NCBI RefSeq assembly: GCF_009914755.1
Contig: NC_060928.1
DNA length: 64,000 nt
Direction: 5' to 3' (one strand)
Origin: the human T2T-CHM13v2.0 reference genome, Homo sapiens
Positions 1-13,809 of this stretch are shown here, piece by piece; within the stretch, counting starts at the first letter, position 1, and the number at the start of each line of letters is the position of its first letter. A program made the translations under genes and the position numbers. The notes below the pieces were generated by a model. That model was not told where the DNA came from, searched no databases, and saw only the letters and a list, made by a program, of their open reading frames with translations.

Positions 1-1059
1 ATATACAGTCATCTATTTTTAGGGCTGCTTAAGATAAAATGGGAAAGTGATGATTAACAGTATTTCCAGATCCTTAAAAGAAACTTAGTTTAATCTATTA
101 GAAATCTCAAAGTTACATGTGATGTTAAGGCATATCACATATATTAGATTGGGTTTATAGAATATTTGTTTCCTCTTTTCCTTGACATGGTCTTTGATGT
201 TCTATTTCTATCTTTACTATGTTTGTATATATGCCTCTTATTAAAAGTATTTAAAATTATTTTGGAAGGGGACAGGTGTCAACATAAATAAAGTAAAACT
301 TTTAGATAAAGGCAAATTATCAGGGGAACAATAGCCATAGAGTGTCACTGTTACAATTATAGTTGCATTATTGGATCTGCTTGCCTGAAAGGATTTGGGT
401 TTTGTTATCTTCCTAGAAAAAAAAGAAGTTGAGAAACTATTAACCTTTGATAACCTTTACAATATTTTTTCAAGTTTGCCATGTGCCACCAAGGGAACAT
501 TTCCAAGCAGAGCAGAAAATTCATTAGACTTGAGTGTTTCAAATATCTATATCAAGGACAAGGACAAAACTGCTGTCATAGAGAAAAGGCTGGTGCACTA
601 GTGCACAATAACTTCAATTTTTCTTCATCTGGGTCTAGTGACCCATTCCGTAAAAATGCCAACACTGCACTATTTGATCCAGAGGAACTGGGGTGATGAC
701 ATCAAGATAAACGCTGTTTGTTCAGAAAGTCCCATGCACAGCACCACAAGACTACAGTCCTGATAATATTCACAGTCTCATTCAGTAGAGTCCAAAGTGA
801 CATCTGGTTTGGATGACTTTTGTGGAAATTTTGGCTGAAGTCTTTCTGTTTCCCAAAAGCAAAAACTTTAAATTAATGGGAACAGTAAGGTTAAATTAAG
901 GTATATTTTATAGTAATCAGATAATATTAGACGTTTGATTAATGAGGTGAACAACAACTATAATTGTGATATCTTTATGTACCAATTTAGCTTTGCAAAC
1001 TTTTAAAATATACACATAAATCACTGTTTAATTATTTTCTAAAAATACTTTAGCCCATT

Positions 1060-2200
1060 TTATATCACCTCCTCTGTCTCTGTCTCTTCTCTTGGCTTCT
1101 GTCACGTGATTTTGTCCTGACTTTCCTCCTGTCTCTCTCTTCTCTCCCTCATGAGCCTCTAGTTTCCTCATGCCCTGGGGCCTCTTCTGTTCTCACTCCA
1201 TGTTTATCCTGGGTCTTTTCATCTGATTTTATGCTGATGGCTTTTATGTCAAATCAAACATGCCCCAAACCGAACTCATAATCTCACCTGTTTCCATGCC
1301 CGACTCTCAGTTTCAGGGAATTGCACTGCCACCTACCTGATTTCCAAAGACACAAACCTTCTAAGTGAAACCACATTTTCAATCTCTCTTTTGACTTCTT
1401 GTGATCCTATGTGCTCACAATCTCTTGGACTCTTTCCTTCTTCCCATCCTTACTGCCTTCACCTTGGATCAGGTTCTCACCCTTCCCACTTGGATGCCTG
1501 TAACAGCCTCTTAGCCTTCCCACCTAGGATACCTGTTCAGGTATCCTGCTCCAAACTTTGAATCCCAAATGTCTCCCTACATAGCCTCTCTAAAATAGAA
1601 ATCTGATTATGCCATTTCCAGCTTAAACCCTTCAGTAAATCCTCGTTGATTCTGGGATGGTGTGTGTGAGTGCATATACGAGAGAGAGGAAAGAGGTGGG
1701 GAGAAAGAGAGAGAGAGAAGGAGAAGGAGCATAGGCTAGGCTTTGGTGTCACACTCTCTTGATTCAAATCCACACAACAATATGACATCAGTCAGATCAC
1801 TGAAACTCTTTAACCTGAGTTTTTTCCATTGTCCAGTGGGGATAAGAACTGTATCTAACTCATAGGGCGAGTTGTGAGAATAGACTGAGTTAAAACATGC
1901 AAAGCACTTAGCCCAGTGTCTGGCATATGTTTAGATGTTGATTATTGTTGGTTATTGTTACATTACCTTACAAAGTCCAAACTCCTCAGCATTACACACG
2001 GTCCCTCCGCTCAACCAGCCTGCACTTACTGCCTCCTGACTTCACCTTTGCTCTGGCCCTCACACCCTAAGATTCTGCCATGTCCTGTGGTTTCTCCTAC
2101 CTCTTGCAGTGAGGATGCTGCTGCGCTGTCTGAATTGCCCTGCCTTTTCCCTGGCCAATTCCCTCTCACCCTTCAGGGCCCTAACAAGCACATTTTTCTC
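1060..2200 (+). mobile_element. L2 LINE fragment, interrupted by a MIR
   Basis: Pyrimidine-rich L2-like phrases (atgccccaaaccgaactc, tgtaacagcctc, cttaaacccttcagt, acaaagtccaaactcctcagc) on both sides of the MIR; boundaries approximate. Confidence 0.55.
1730..1950 (+). mobile_element. MIR SINE
   Basis: MIR core-like: ttcaaatcc...ggggataag...gttgtgagaatagactgagttaaaacatgcaaagcacttagcccagtgtctggcata. Confidence 0.7.
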
Positions 2201-5200
2201 TAGACCATTTTCCCTGACCCACATTCCTGTCTGTAGTATGGGCTTGTGCTATGAATTTAATAATTACTTCAATCAAAAACTTAGTGCATTCTATGTGTCA
2301 GTCCTATGGCAAATGAGAATAAATTGATGTCTGAGAATCCAGATCTTGTCCTCAGAGAGGATATAGGTTAGAGTGGAATAGCAAATAGACAGGTGTGTCT
2401 CCAAACTTCATGGAAATATGTAGAAGCGGTCCCTCATTCAGTCTTTAAAAGTCTGAGAAAGCTATCTGGAAGAAATGGAATTTTCAGAATCTTCTGAGTA
2501 TGCTAATCTTGACATTCATTAATTTGTTGCCCAAAGGGAGACCCTCCTAAGAATAAAAGAGGGTGCTATTAATCATTACCCTGGGCAATAAGCATAAACC
2601 AGGACTGCCTAGGACAAAAAGGGTATAACATCCCCCCTACTTGTAGCTATGTTGTAATGAGTATGTCTGCCACCAGTGCTATAAAGTGACAAGTCTACTA
2701 TGGAGTGCACTTCCTGACATAGCTTAGTAGATGCTAAGTAGGTGTTTGTGGTTTTAGAGGACAGAGGTGGGACATCTGAAGACAGTCAGAAAACCGAAGA
2801 GGGCTGGCAGGTCTCCAGAGCAAGAAGAAGCCTCTATCCTTCTGCATCAGGGCATAGCAGCATGGTGGCAGGAAGAAAAATGAGAGAGGAAAATAGGCTT
2901 CCTAAACAGCAGTAAAGTGAAATCTTCCTGGTGTTGCTGATTTGTCCATATAAGTCTCAGCCTACATCACCTGTACAATGTGGTGAGGGCAAAGGAGACG
3001 AAGGTGCACAATGCTTTCTGAGCACCTCATGTTCTTCGCCACTAAGGCCAACAGCAAAGCTTTAATTCTCCAGACAATATCAGGCTTCATCACATGGCCA
3101 GACCTCCCTATCTTTGTAACACAAGCAGGTATACCTGTGACCCATGACATTCAGCAAAATTAATGGCTTTCTCTTTTTCAGCTATAGGGAACAGTGAACA
3201 TTATGACCACACAGGGAGGAAAGCATACCTTTGGAATATGGTTATCTGAACCATCCAATTGGAGTGGCAGCAGAATAAGAACACCTGAAACACACAGTTA
3301 AGTTCAGCCAGTGCTTAACATAAATTGATGCACGGGCAGAAATAAGAGGAGAGTCCTCTCTTGCACACATAGTTGCATATTTAGTACCCCAAGGGAATGC
3401 TAATAAACATCATATTACAGAGGCCAGAAGAGGATCCTTTGGGCTCTGTTTGTGTATTATCAGAACATAGCAGTGAATAGAATGAGCTACATGCAGTTTT
3501 CTATTCTATTTACAGCCAAAACCGAATATTTAGAAACCAGGGGTGACCTGGTGACTGCAATTTGCAATGCCTGAAGGGATGCATAAATATAGATATATGA
3601 TTCAAATCCTGCAAAGTCCATCACAACACTATGCAAAAATCACAGGCTTTTAGAGCTAATACCATCCAGCTTAAATGGAGACCCTGCCTCCACATAAATC
3701 AAAGCACATGGAAGATCCTTTTTCACACTTTATCTTCTCAGCATCTTTGGGAGCTAGGAAGAGGAAAACATTATAAAATTTAGAGAGATGAAAAAGGATA
3801 TGAATACACGATATAAAAATCTCCTAAGAAGAAAGAATCCAGGCAGTTGAAATGTTAATTGTCTGCCTTTTTATAACAGAGAAAACCTGCTTTTAAGATG
3901 CATACTATTGTACTTCAGAACAATGCACCAGTGGATCTTTGCAAGCTCTATAAATTCCAAGAATTACTAGGGCAAGTAGAAATGTAAATTTATCTAGCTA
4001 TTTCACTGGTAGAATATAACAGGAGCACCAAGCTGGGAATCAGCCAATCTGCATTAGGACCTGTCTCTGAAACTCCTAATGGAAGCACCTTGTGCTGGGC
4101 ACCCGTGGGACCCAATTCCTGTATGAGAGTAACACTCTGTACTTCATCACTGGTCTAAGCATCAGATGAAATTGTATATAGAAGATTTGGCCATTCATGG
4201 AGTATTGCACAAATCTAAAATACTCAGCACTCTTTCCTTTTCACTTTTCTTTCCTATTTTTAATCCTGGGACTGGAGGGCACTGAACAAATGAACTGAGG
4301 AACACAGTCCTGCCTTCTAAAATTTGTTCTGGCCATTACCTCTCAGCACACCATAATCTATCAGGCTGACATGCTGCATGACAACCTGCTAATGTGTAGT
4401 TATATCCTGTGCATTCCACTAATTGTGCAGACATTAAATACTAGATCTAATTCCAAATAATTGATTTCTTTGCTGTATTTGAGAATATTCTATGCTGGAA
4501 GGCATAGAGCTATCTTTAAAAAGCAGAAAGTGTGGGTGGATAAGAAAATTGTATTCAGTCAAGGGGACAGAAGAATTCTACTGCAAATAATTTCTGGCCA
4601 CTAGTAAGTTTAAAATACAAAATATTTAAGAAGACAAGCTTAAAATGATGAATATAAATCAAATCCACCTAATATAAATTTCTAAAATAAACAATAAACA
4701 GTAAGGAAACTGATATAGGTGGAGTTGTCTGAAAGCACAGCTTGAAACACAAATTTGCGTATATTTGATTTCTTAGTGGAGTGTGCGTCAGGAAAGATCT
4801 ACAAGGGAGCCGGAGAAAAAGACAGAAAAAGGAAAGGGGCCAAGAAGGGCATGACCTGATTCAGAAAGGTCTGGAGCATAAAGTGTATGCAGAGGTGGGA
4901 TTTCTCCACGAGAAAAGCGGGGTGGGCTTTTCCATCCCCACATCCGTCTGGTTCCCAAGTCTGGGCTCCTAACCACTACTCTACATTCAATCCTTAACAC
5001 TCACTGTCAACATAATGTGAACTTATTTCCAATGTCATCTAAGGTAGAATTACTTGTGAGAAAAGACTATAGTATATTTCCATTTAGATGCCAGCCTACA
5101 TCCTTTCACCATCTTCTGGTACCCTCACCCTGATTTCTCTCTGGGAACAATTCCCTCCTCCACCTCATTCTCTCTAGTTCCCATGAAGTGGACTCTACCC

Positions 5201-5444
5201 TCTGCTCTAGAAATGGAGCAATCAACCCATGCATAAACTAATCAATACATTCACATGTGTTAGTCACCCCTTCTTAGGCTCTGGAAAGACTCATCCAAAG
5301 AGACAAAGACAAGACATAGCCCACTCATGACACAGAGTGGATTGTTCTTAACTTCTTTCGTTTCCTAATTCCCTTCTTCTTTTCCCTCAGTCCACACACC
5401 CTGGTATTTGCTCTGAAATACATGGGTCCAGGTGACCTTTACTG

Positions 5445-5476
<32 letters not shown>

Positions 5477-5489
5477 GTCATCATCATCA
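5445..5489. repeat. (CAT)n microsatellite with one CGT interruption
   Basis: Directly visible tcatcatcat run. Confidence 0.95.
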
Positions 5490-5617
5490 GGTGTTTATAA
5501 AAAGATAGAAATTCCAGTGTACCCCTAACTATTTTCCCTGGGAACCACAAGAACATTTAAGGATCATAAAGAGCCTAGGAGTCAAAAACAGCCTACTATT
5601 TGAACAAATTTATGTTT

Positions 5618-5761
5618 AAATTTTTTTAATTTTTTATTTGCTTGTAAAGATGGGTCTCAGTATGTTGCCCAGACAGATTTTGAAAGCCTGGCCTTGAGTA
5701 ATGCTCCTCCCTCAGTCTCCCAAACCACTAGTATTGCAGGCTTAAACCACCACGTCCAGCC
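5618..5761 (-). mobile_element. Alu monomer (FLAM/FAM-like)
   Basis: Poly-T followed by a diverged left-arm Alu (gatgggtctcagtatgttgcccag...ccaccacgtccagcc); flanks tgaacaaattt / tgagcaaattt resemble a TSD. Confidence 0.75.
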
Positions 5762-6983
5762 TGAGCAAATTTCTATATTGTCCTTTTACTGCTGTAATTG
5801 TACATATTTTTGTTACCGGTGAGTTTAAAATTGTCAAGTATTTTTTTATTATGTCAGGGCAAAGAATCCGTTTCTTCTGTATTTTACAACACAAGACTAT
5901 TTCAGGTAATAGCCTTTCGCTTTGGCCCAGGGCCTGTGTGCATTTCTCTCTTTGGTCTCTTTTATGAGGAATAGTTTTATAGGTTTGACATGAAATGAAA
6001 ATTTGCTCCTCAAAACTTTAAGGTGCAACACAACAGGTTACAGGGCAGTGTGAGCTACAGAGCAAAGCAGATCCTGCTCTGATTTGGAGATAGTTGAACA
6101 GTTCAGACCGGCCTAGGACAGAGACACCTGGTTTACTGATGACAAATCTTTAATGACACTACAAGTACATGATAAATTCATTTCAGGATTATTAGAGAAA
6201 TGTGACCAGGATTAAAATAAGAAAGTACTTACTCAGAAAGTGTCATGGAGTAAATTCCATGTAAACTTGTATGGTATTCTCTGGACCCACTGAAAAATAA
6301 GTTGGAAAGAGACAAGGACAATTGAGGGTACAGTTTCATACTGACATTAAATGTGGATATTCTTACAAATGATTTTCAAACATGTTTTGTTCAGACCCAG
6401 AGTGTTTCATCTGCTGGCTCACAGAGTTGGGAGGCTACAACTACAAATGCCAGAAAAAAATTTTTTTAAGTAAGTGGGTAGCAGGGGAAGGCTTTGCCTC
6501 TCTCTCTTCACAGAGTTTCTGCTCCATACCCTAATTACTTCTGGTCCCAAGCCATGCCAAGGGCCAGGCCTTCTAAAACAACTCCTTCTGACTCCCAGCT
6601 TTTGTCCCTTCCTCTGGAGATAATAAAGATGAAAATAAAGCTTTTATTTTATTTCCTTCAGGTTCTTGAACATTCAAACTGGCCTCCCCACAAGTTGAAC
6701 ATGTTCTTATCTGGTTTCAGAAACTCCACTGTGAGTGATGAATGTGCCCCAACAGAAACAGGGTTACGTGCCCTCCTGTGTCTCAGTCTTCCCAAGCAGG
6801 AAATGGACCCAGGAAATAGGCTCTTCAGATATGGCTATACTGATCTACTTTTCCTTCATTCTTTTTCCTCACTAATAAAATAGTGAGGAAAATGTCATAG
6901 ACTTATGCATGCATGTTCCAGGCTTCACATTCACACTTTTTAGCCCAACAGAGGGAGCAGTAGGATCTATAGTCTCTGACTCT

Positions 6984-7003
6984 GGGGGGGGTGTGTGTGT
7001 GTG

Positions 7004-7041
<38 letters not shown>
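6984..7041. repeat. G-run plus (GT)n microsatellite
   Basis: Directly visible. Confidence 0.95.
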
Positions 7042-7045
<4 letters not shown>

Positions 7046-7152
7046 ATTGTATATATAAAAGTTGAGAAATAACACTCAAAATTGTCCTTCAAGGCAAATG
7101 GTACAATTCTTTCTCAATGATCAGTTTGGAGATACTGGTAAAGTTTAGCATA

Positions 7153-7496
7153 GTTTTTTGTTTGTTTGTTTGTTTGTTTGTTTGTTTGTTTTTTGGGGTT
7201 TTTTTGGTGATGGAGTTTCGCTCTTTCACCCAGGTTGGAGTGTGATGGCGCGATCTTGGCTCACCACAAACTCCTCCTCCCGGGTTCAAGTGATTCTCCC
7301 ACCTCAGCCTCCCGATTAGCTCCGATTAGCTGGGATTACAGGCATGCGCCACCATGCCCGGCTAATATTGTATTTTTAGTAGAGACGGGGTTTCACCATG
7401 TTGGTCAGGCTGGTCTCAAACTCCTGACCTCAGGTGATTCACCCTCCTCGGCCTCTCAAAGTGCTGGGATTACAGGCGTGAGCCACTGTGCCCAGC
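7153..7496 (-). mobile_element. AluS (AluSp-like) with (TTTG)n tail
   Basis: Full dimeric Alu; ttggtcaggc variant; TSD aagtttagcata / aagtttagtata; internal 10-bp duplication ccgattagct. Confidence 0.92.
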
Positions 7497-8249
7497 AAGT
7501 TTAGTATATTCTAAACAAAAAGATACAGAGATATTTGGGGATTCATTTCTGCTATAACAACACTGATTTTTGTCCACAGTGGTCATAAGAAGTAGAGTTT
7601 TGATTACATGTATCCTCCATGCTAATTTGCAGAACAGAAATAGGAAGCAATTATGTGATCGTCAGGGCGGGGGAGAAACTAATTTTTTTCCTCAGATTAT
7701 TTTTAGGATAAAAATGTGAATGAAAACAGCATCCTATACTTCTGATTTTGATGAATTTTGACTGCCCTTCCCCTCAATTAGGACAAATTAGTAGAAGTTT
7801 ATTCTAATTACCTTCTGTTCATCTCAATTATTTTAAGCATTTCTATTTTATTGTGATTTCTAAATCAGCATGCTTGAGTTTTAATGTAAATACCTTCTCC
7901 TAAAAATGCAAAATGCATTACAATGTAGTGAGACTTTAAATAAAGAAAAATGCAGAAATATCCATCCAAATAAGTTATCCTTCAAAAAAGAATAGCACAT
8001 TGTTTAGCCTCAGGAGACTGTTCCAAAGAGTAACTACAAGAAACACTTTTGGAACTCATTTTCCCAGATTACTTTTGGAGTCTGCTTAAGAGTCAAACCA
8101 GAAAAGAAATCTCACTCTTTGTAGGCAGATCTTACTTTCTGACCCAAAACTGTAATGTTAGCTTGATCTTTTCTGCTTTTGTTACACCTGCATTTCCTCT
8201 TTTCTTGACTAGTTACAGGCCTATCCCACCCCACCTCTCCCGTCAATCA

Positions 8250-8540
8250 CTACCTCCTGCCAATTTTATCTCTTAAATATTCATCCTATTTATCTTTGTT
8301 TCCATGGCACTAGCAAAAGTGCCTCATCTGTCCTGGACTGCCATTACCTCCTAACGGGGCTCTGTGCTCTGGTGTTGTCACCCTCAAACTCACCCTCTCT
8401 ATGCCATCCGAGTACTCCATCGAAAACAGAAATCTGCATGTATTATTCTCCTGATTAAAATTCTTCAGTGGTACCTAGTCACATACTGGCTAAAATTATT
8501 AACCCAAGATTCATAAACTTTCTTGGATTGGCCTTCCAGG
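8250..8540 (+). mobile_element. L2 fragment
   Basis: tcctggactgccattacctcctaac...aaaacagaaatctg...ctcctgattaaaattcttcagtgg resembles L2; boundaries approximate. Confidence 0.5.
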
Positions 8541-8699
8541 AGCATCTATAATTCCCTTGAATCTTTATACAAAATTTTGTGTTTGCATTTATGCAAGGAA
8601 AGACTCTTCCACCAGTGTCCCTGAGGGAGGAAAGAATAACAACCGAAAGTTCCCAATCAAAGCCATGCTACTTAATGTGTTACAAAGACTCTCAACATT

Positions 8700-8966
8700 C
8701 AGTGCTTCCTCCTAGCCTGGTGGCTTCCATGTAGGCTGAATTCTCTCACGATAACTCAGAGCTAAAAGATCAAATGTTCCAACAAACAAGACAGGAGCTA
8801 CATGGTCTTTCATAAAGCACCTCAGAAGTCACAGGGGGTGAAGTCTGTCATCCTCTATGGGTCAGAGCACCCACAATCCCACCTAGATTCAAAAGGAGGG
8901 ACACAGACCCCACTTCTCAATGGGAAACAGTTTAAGATCTTGTGAACATGTCTCAAAGCTGCCATA
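8700..8966 (-). mobile_element. MLT1 (MaLR) LTR fragment
   Basis: ctcagaagtcaca...cctagattcaaaaggagggacacagaccccacttctcaatggg is typical MLT1 sequence. Confidence 0.6.
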
Positions 8967-11135
8967 GATCGTGAGGGAGACAGGTAGAAGTAGAACACAA
9001 CAAGGGTGCTGTTTTTCCCTCCTGTCAGAGTTAGATGAAACTTCTTTGTGGATAGGCTTGACCTAGAGGGGCAAATAAGGTGATGCTTTTTTCCAGACTT
9101 TTGATAAGTTATACCTGTAGACTTTTTGCTTAAGAACTCTTTTCCTCAGGTCCTGTTTTTTTGTTGTTGTTTTGTTTTTAAGAAATTAAGGTCATTAAGC
9201 AGGGTGTAAACGTACAGTATAAATTTATTAAAAGGTAAAGGGCTGATCAGAGGTATTAAAAAATCCATGCCACATGCAGTAAATTTTTGCTTGATATAAA
9301 GTGTCAGGAAATGAGACCAAAATTGCCTTTGAGTTGCAATCAGTGCTGTAGAGAAAAAGCACATTTTGCCTTCCTTACTAAGATGAAGGAGTAATGTTTT
9401 CATAAGAAGAAACTGTCAAATGTGTATTAAATAAATGAAGCATAAAACAAGCTTTCCTGCAGTTTCAAGCATGCTTGGATTTTAATAACAAGCATTTATT
9501 TATCCCATGAATGAAAAGTTATATTTGTGTCCAAGAAGAAAGGCTCTCCACTCTCCGCTGGGTATTTTCAGCTTTTAACAGTCTCCATTACGGATGAAGT
9601 CACTGATTTGCTCTGCCATTTCACATCACATTTTGATGTTGGTGTTTATGGGAGAGATAAGAGCCTGGACTAAAGAGGGGAGAGCAATGGGAAAGGATCC
9701 TTCCAGGGTTGGATGGAGAGTGTAAGGGAATGTGGAAACAGATAGACTAGAATTAAGATGGGATGCAGAAGCTAAAGCCCAGTAGTGTGCACTCATCAAC
9801 ATTGTGTCAGGGTCTCAGGGACCCCTCCTTGCCAAATTGTGGATTTAGAAAAGGGGCAAAGGTCATGTTGGAGGACAAATGAGGTGGGAAACAGGAGGGT
9901 TTCAGAGTCCCCATCCTGATAGTGTTATAAGATCTAATCTATGTTTTATGTAAGAGAAGTTGGGTACCTTTGCTAAGCCCAAACTGGGATTCAGAGACTG
10001 ACAGAGCTGGTGACACCCTGGGGCATCCATTTACATGTATCGTTAGGTGTGTGGTTGGCAATTTTTTTAAGCTAAAGAATTAGAGAAGCATTTGGGAAAC
10101 TGGGAGAGGAGCAAAAGTCAATAAGGAGAACCTCAAGGTGACACGATGGCGTCTGCTCCCGTCTGGCCTGAGAGACTGCATGGTGGCCCCTGTGGAGAGC
10201 AAGGTGAATTTCAAAAGAGAAAGAGTTGTTTTGACAAAAGACTTTGTGAAGCTCGGGACATTCGCAGTGTGGCTTTAGCACTCAAGCCTAGGACAGGACA
10301 CACGGCTCTAGGCCTAGGTCCCAGGGCAACCTTCCCCAGAAAGGCCACTCCAGGGGACTAGCAGCAGGGTCTGACCATGGCTGGCAGAGCAGCTGCCAGC
10401 TGGAGGGGGCTGGCAACAGGCACCATAGCAAGGTGACTTAATGGGTCAGAGGAGAAAAGCACGAGCAGACTTGTTTCTGAGGATATGGTCACATCCCTGG
10501 GGACTCTCAGAAAACCAGGAAAATCCAATGGGCAAAACACTGAAGCGCTGCTATCACACAGATGGACCCAAAGACCCTTGTCATCTGGCTATTAATGTTA
10601 ATGTGACCTCACTTCTCCTCTCAGGCAGGGTGAGTTTGCATTGAGATTGCATTAGAAAATGATTAATAATTGAAACATTACCAAGGTCATTATCCTATTA
10701 AGTAATGTGAATCTAAGGCCGCTTAGAAATTAGAAATGAATGAATCCAATAAGAATTGCTGAATAATTAGACTAGGGGCATAATTTTGGAATATAAAAAG
10801 GAACCCAAATCTATACTTTAGCCAAGGTTCCAATCCTTCTCATTCCTCAGAGAGAAATGGACAGGAAATGACTTAAGAAAATAAGCCATCATATTTACAT
10901 TTTGTATGTCCCCAGACATCTTTGAGGAGATTTCTTCAAAGGAGACAAGATGTGTTCTGCCATTTTTAGGAGTGGAGTGTGGGTGACCCCAGCAGATTGT
11001 TTACCATCCACCTACTGAACAGCAGGAAAGATCAGCTCTATTCACCAGGCGAAGCTATCTATCACTTATTGTAGGAATGACGAAGGGAATTTTGGAACCC
11101 TCCATTGTTGTTAGATCCTCCCTTTGCTCATACAT

Positions 11136-11137
<2 letters not shown>

Positions 11138-11176
<39 letters not shown>
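11138..11176. repeat. (AC)n microsatellite
   Basis: Directly visible. Confidence 0.95.
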
Positions 11177-11178
<2 letters not shown>

Positions 11179-11649
11179 TAAGAACAAAACATTTTTGACC
11201 ACAGAAAAGTAACAGAGGGACAAAGCATCTTGGTCACATAACAGAAGACTAAGACTGAAAAAAGCTTTACAGCATCTTATCCATTTATCTCCTGTACCCA
11301 CTAAGATATTGTTGATGTAGGCCTTTGGCATCCACAGTTTTCAATTTCATCTCATGTAAAGATCAGTGCCAACCACTGAAGATATGGAGGCAGCAATATT
11401 CTGAGCTACTTCAGAACCAACAACTTAATTGAAACATCAAACCAAGGCCCTCACACAATATTTATGGCTATAGTTTGGTTTAATGCCTTATATAATTGGT
11501 ACTGACATACACAAGATTTCCATCAAGTCTTTATATCCTTTCACAGAGGAGTCTACTATTCTACATATGAAGTAAGCAGCAAAAAGCATATTTAATCTTA
11601 TAAAACCTTTTAAACCATAACAGTATTATATGTCATTATGTGTGTGATA

Positions 11650-11716
11650 AAAACAGAATTATAAATCATGGTACAAAATAGCACAAAATTTGTACCATGA
11701 TTTATAATTTTGTTTT
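11650..11716. repeat. Near-perfect inverted repeat (28-bp arms, 11-nt loop)
   Basis: aaaacagaattataaatcatggtacaaa-atagcacaaaa-tttgtaccatgatttataattttgtttt; inner 21 bp perfect, one G/T mismatch further out. Confidence 0.95.
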
Positions 11717-13809
11717 CTTCCTCATCTTATCCAAAAAGCTGAGAAGTCATAATTCTGCCACCTGCTTTTGGATAACTAGTTGGCCTTATTCCTTTTCTAC
11801 TAACTCTTTTCTAAACATTTGCATTTGCATTTGTAAATCTAGGAAAACAGAGAGCTTTTTTTATTTTTAAGGAGCAGCTTCCACTTTCATTTTGAGAAGC
11901 TCTGAAATCCAGTAAATCCAGTTACGCATTGCAATATACCCTGGGGTATGAGTGCAGATAACTTTTCAAAATGACCCCCAGCCCAGGAACAGCTTCTATC
12001 TTTGCCCCTAGAGTGATCATCTCCTTGCATACCAGGAGAATAGTCCTCTCTTATCCCCATAGAACCTCGTGACACCATAAAAAGTAAACAAATTATAAAA
12101 AATGGTAATTTCTAGACATGAATTATACAAATGAATGTATCTGTAGTTATTTAGCCACTCTTTTCAAAATTCTAATGTAAGCAATGCTTTCATACTTCAA
12201 AGTGTTTAAAAAGAGTGTTTTAACCTGAAATATCATTTTACTCCACAATTGAATTCTAGTTGAAAATAATTATATTTTTAGCTGCAAGTGTTTTGAGTCA
12301 TGGGCCAACTAAAGATTTCTGGTTATATAATTGAAAATTATGTGGTTCATCTATATGTTTATTGACTTGGATTGACTGAGTCCTGGGGGAAACTGTGCCG
12401 TTTCATTGCTGATCAAATTCACATTGCAAGCCACATGTCCAGAATGCTCACTGTGGCCATTGAAATGAATGGAAATTGTGAGCCAGTTTATTTTCTAAGA
12501 GGCCAAATTGGTAGTCTCCTTTAGTTTACTGAACCTAAGTTTTAATAGTAAGTAAATTTTTTAATAAAATTCTTTATGTATGTTTATCTTTAAATATGAT
12601 GTCTTTTTTATTATTCTGACCCCCAAAGATTATACAAGATGCATTAAAACTTGAAATAATGTCTGAAAATGTGAGAAAGTAGGCAAGAATAAGCCAGAGA
12701 AATTTTTAATTAAACTCCACCTTTTTTTTCATTTATGGCATAAAGAGTCAATATGTGAAATAGAGAATATTAGGAAGATCAGCAACTCCTTAGAATACTG
12801 TAAGAGTCACCAAGGCTACAAGCATTAAGTACTGTATCTTGGTTTAGAGAAGATGATCAACTACACATTTTGAAAAATGCATTCACAAATGAAAACATAA
12901 AGAATGTTTTCCTGATACCAAATAAAGAATGGTTTTAGTACACTTTACCTTATAGCCTCATTAATTTAAAATTTAGCTAAGTTTAGAATATAAAAATTGC
13001 TATAGAAAAGTAAACTAGTCTACCATATGAGTAAAAAGGAAAGCATATTTATTACCTTATTTAACAGATTTAACATAAAATAGAAAATTGATTTCCATTA
13101 AATATTCAGAAAAGTCATGTATTTCTATGGCCTGTAGAAAAAAAAATCTTCAGTAAGAACCTGTTGCTTCATGATCATATTAATTTTAAAAGGCATCTCA
13201 TGGATAACAGGTTTGTATTAGTAGCAAAATTCAAAGCCTGATTTGTGATATTGTGAGCAATATTCATAAAGTACATTAATATGTTAAAAGTTACATGGAC
13301 ACAGAGCCACATTAAAACACACCTGCAATGTGTTAACATTTTCAGGGAAACAAAAATAGCAAGAATATTTTGCAAGAAAACAAACAATGTGAAGATAAAC
13401 AAGTGGGAGATTGTAGGCAATAGAACCTATGGCTAAAGTTTCAAGTAATTAATATTATATTTTAAGCGAAAGACTGGTAGAACATGCTCAAAATAATAAA
13501 CTACTCTTTTTCATTTCCTCTAATGAAAAAACAATGTGACACATTAAAATCTTTTATCTGTAATGAATGAGGGAAACTGTCATCCTTGTTAACTTCAGTA
13601 CAACACTGCACAATAGTTAACTCCTGTTTTGGTGGTGGAGTATGAATTTCAATCCACAAACTCAGTTGTGCATAATACATCACAATTTAAATTTTCCTTA
13701 GGGCCACTTATTTCCAACAGAATAGAGAAATGGTGTTCATAATATAATTTCATCTATATAAAACGGTGTTCAAAATAAAATATTATTTAAATCTTTTTAA
13801 AAGTTAATT

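Noticed and set aside
481-696. ORF containing SSDPFR, resembling the ...PSDPFE end expected of the preceding GALNT exon
   Set aside because: The upstream residues show no GALNT similarity and there is no phase-2 GT donor at the right position; coincidence.
3160-3300. Strong-looking acceptor ctttctctttttcag at about 3167-3181
   Set aside because: No GALNT-like reading frame or convincing paired donor follows; such sites are common in long introns.
5365-5556. Poly-Met ORF
   Set aside because: An artefact of the (CAT)n microsatellite.
6494-6883. 129-aa ORF and other short ORFs in unique, Alu, THE1 or MLT sequence
   Set aside because: No recognisable homology or exon structure, and many start at non-ATG codons; consistent with chance.
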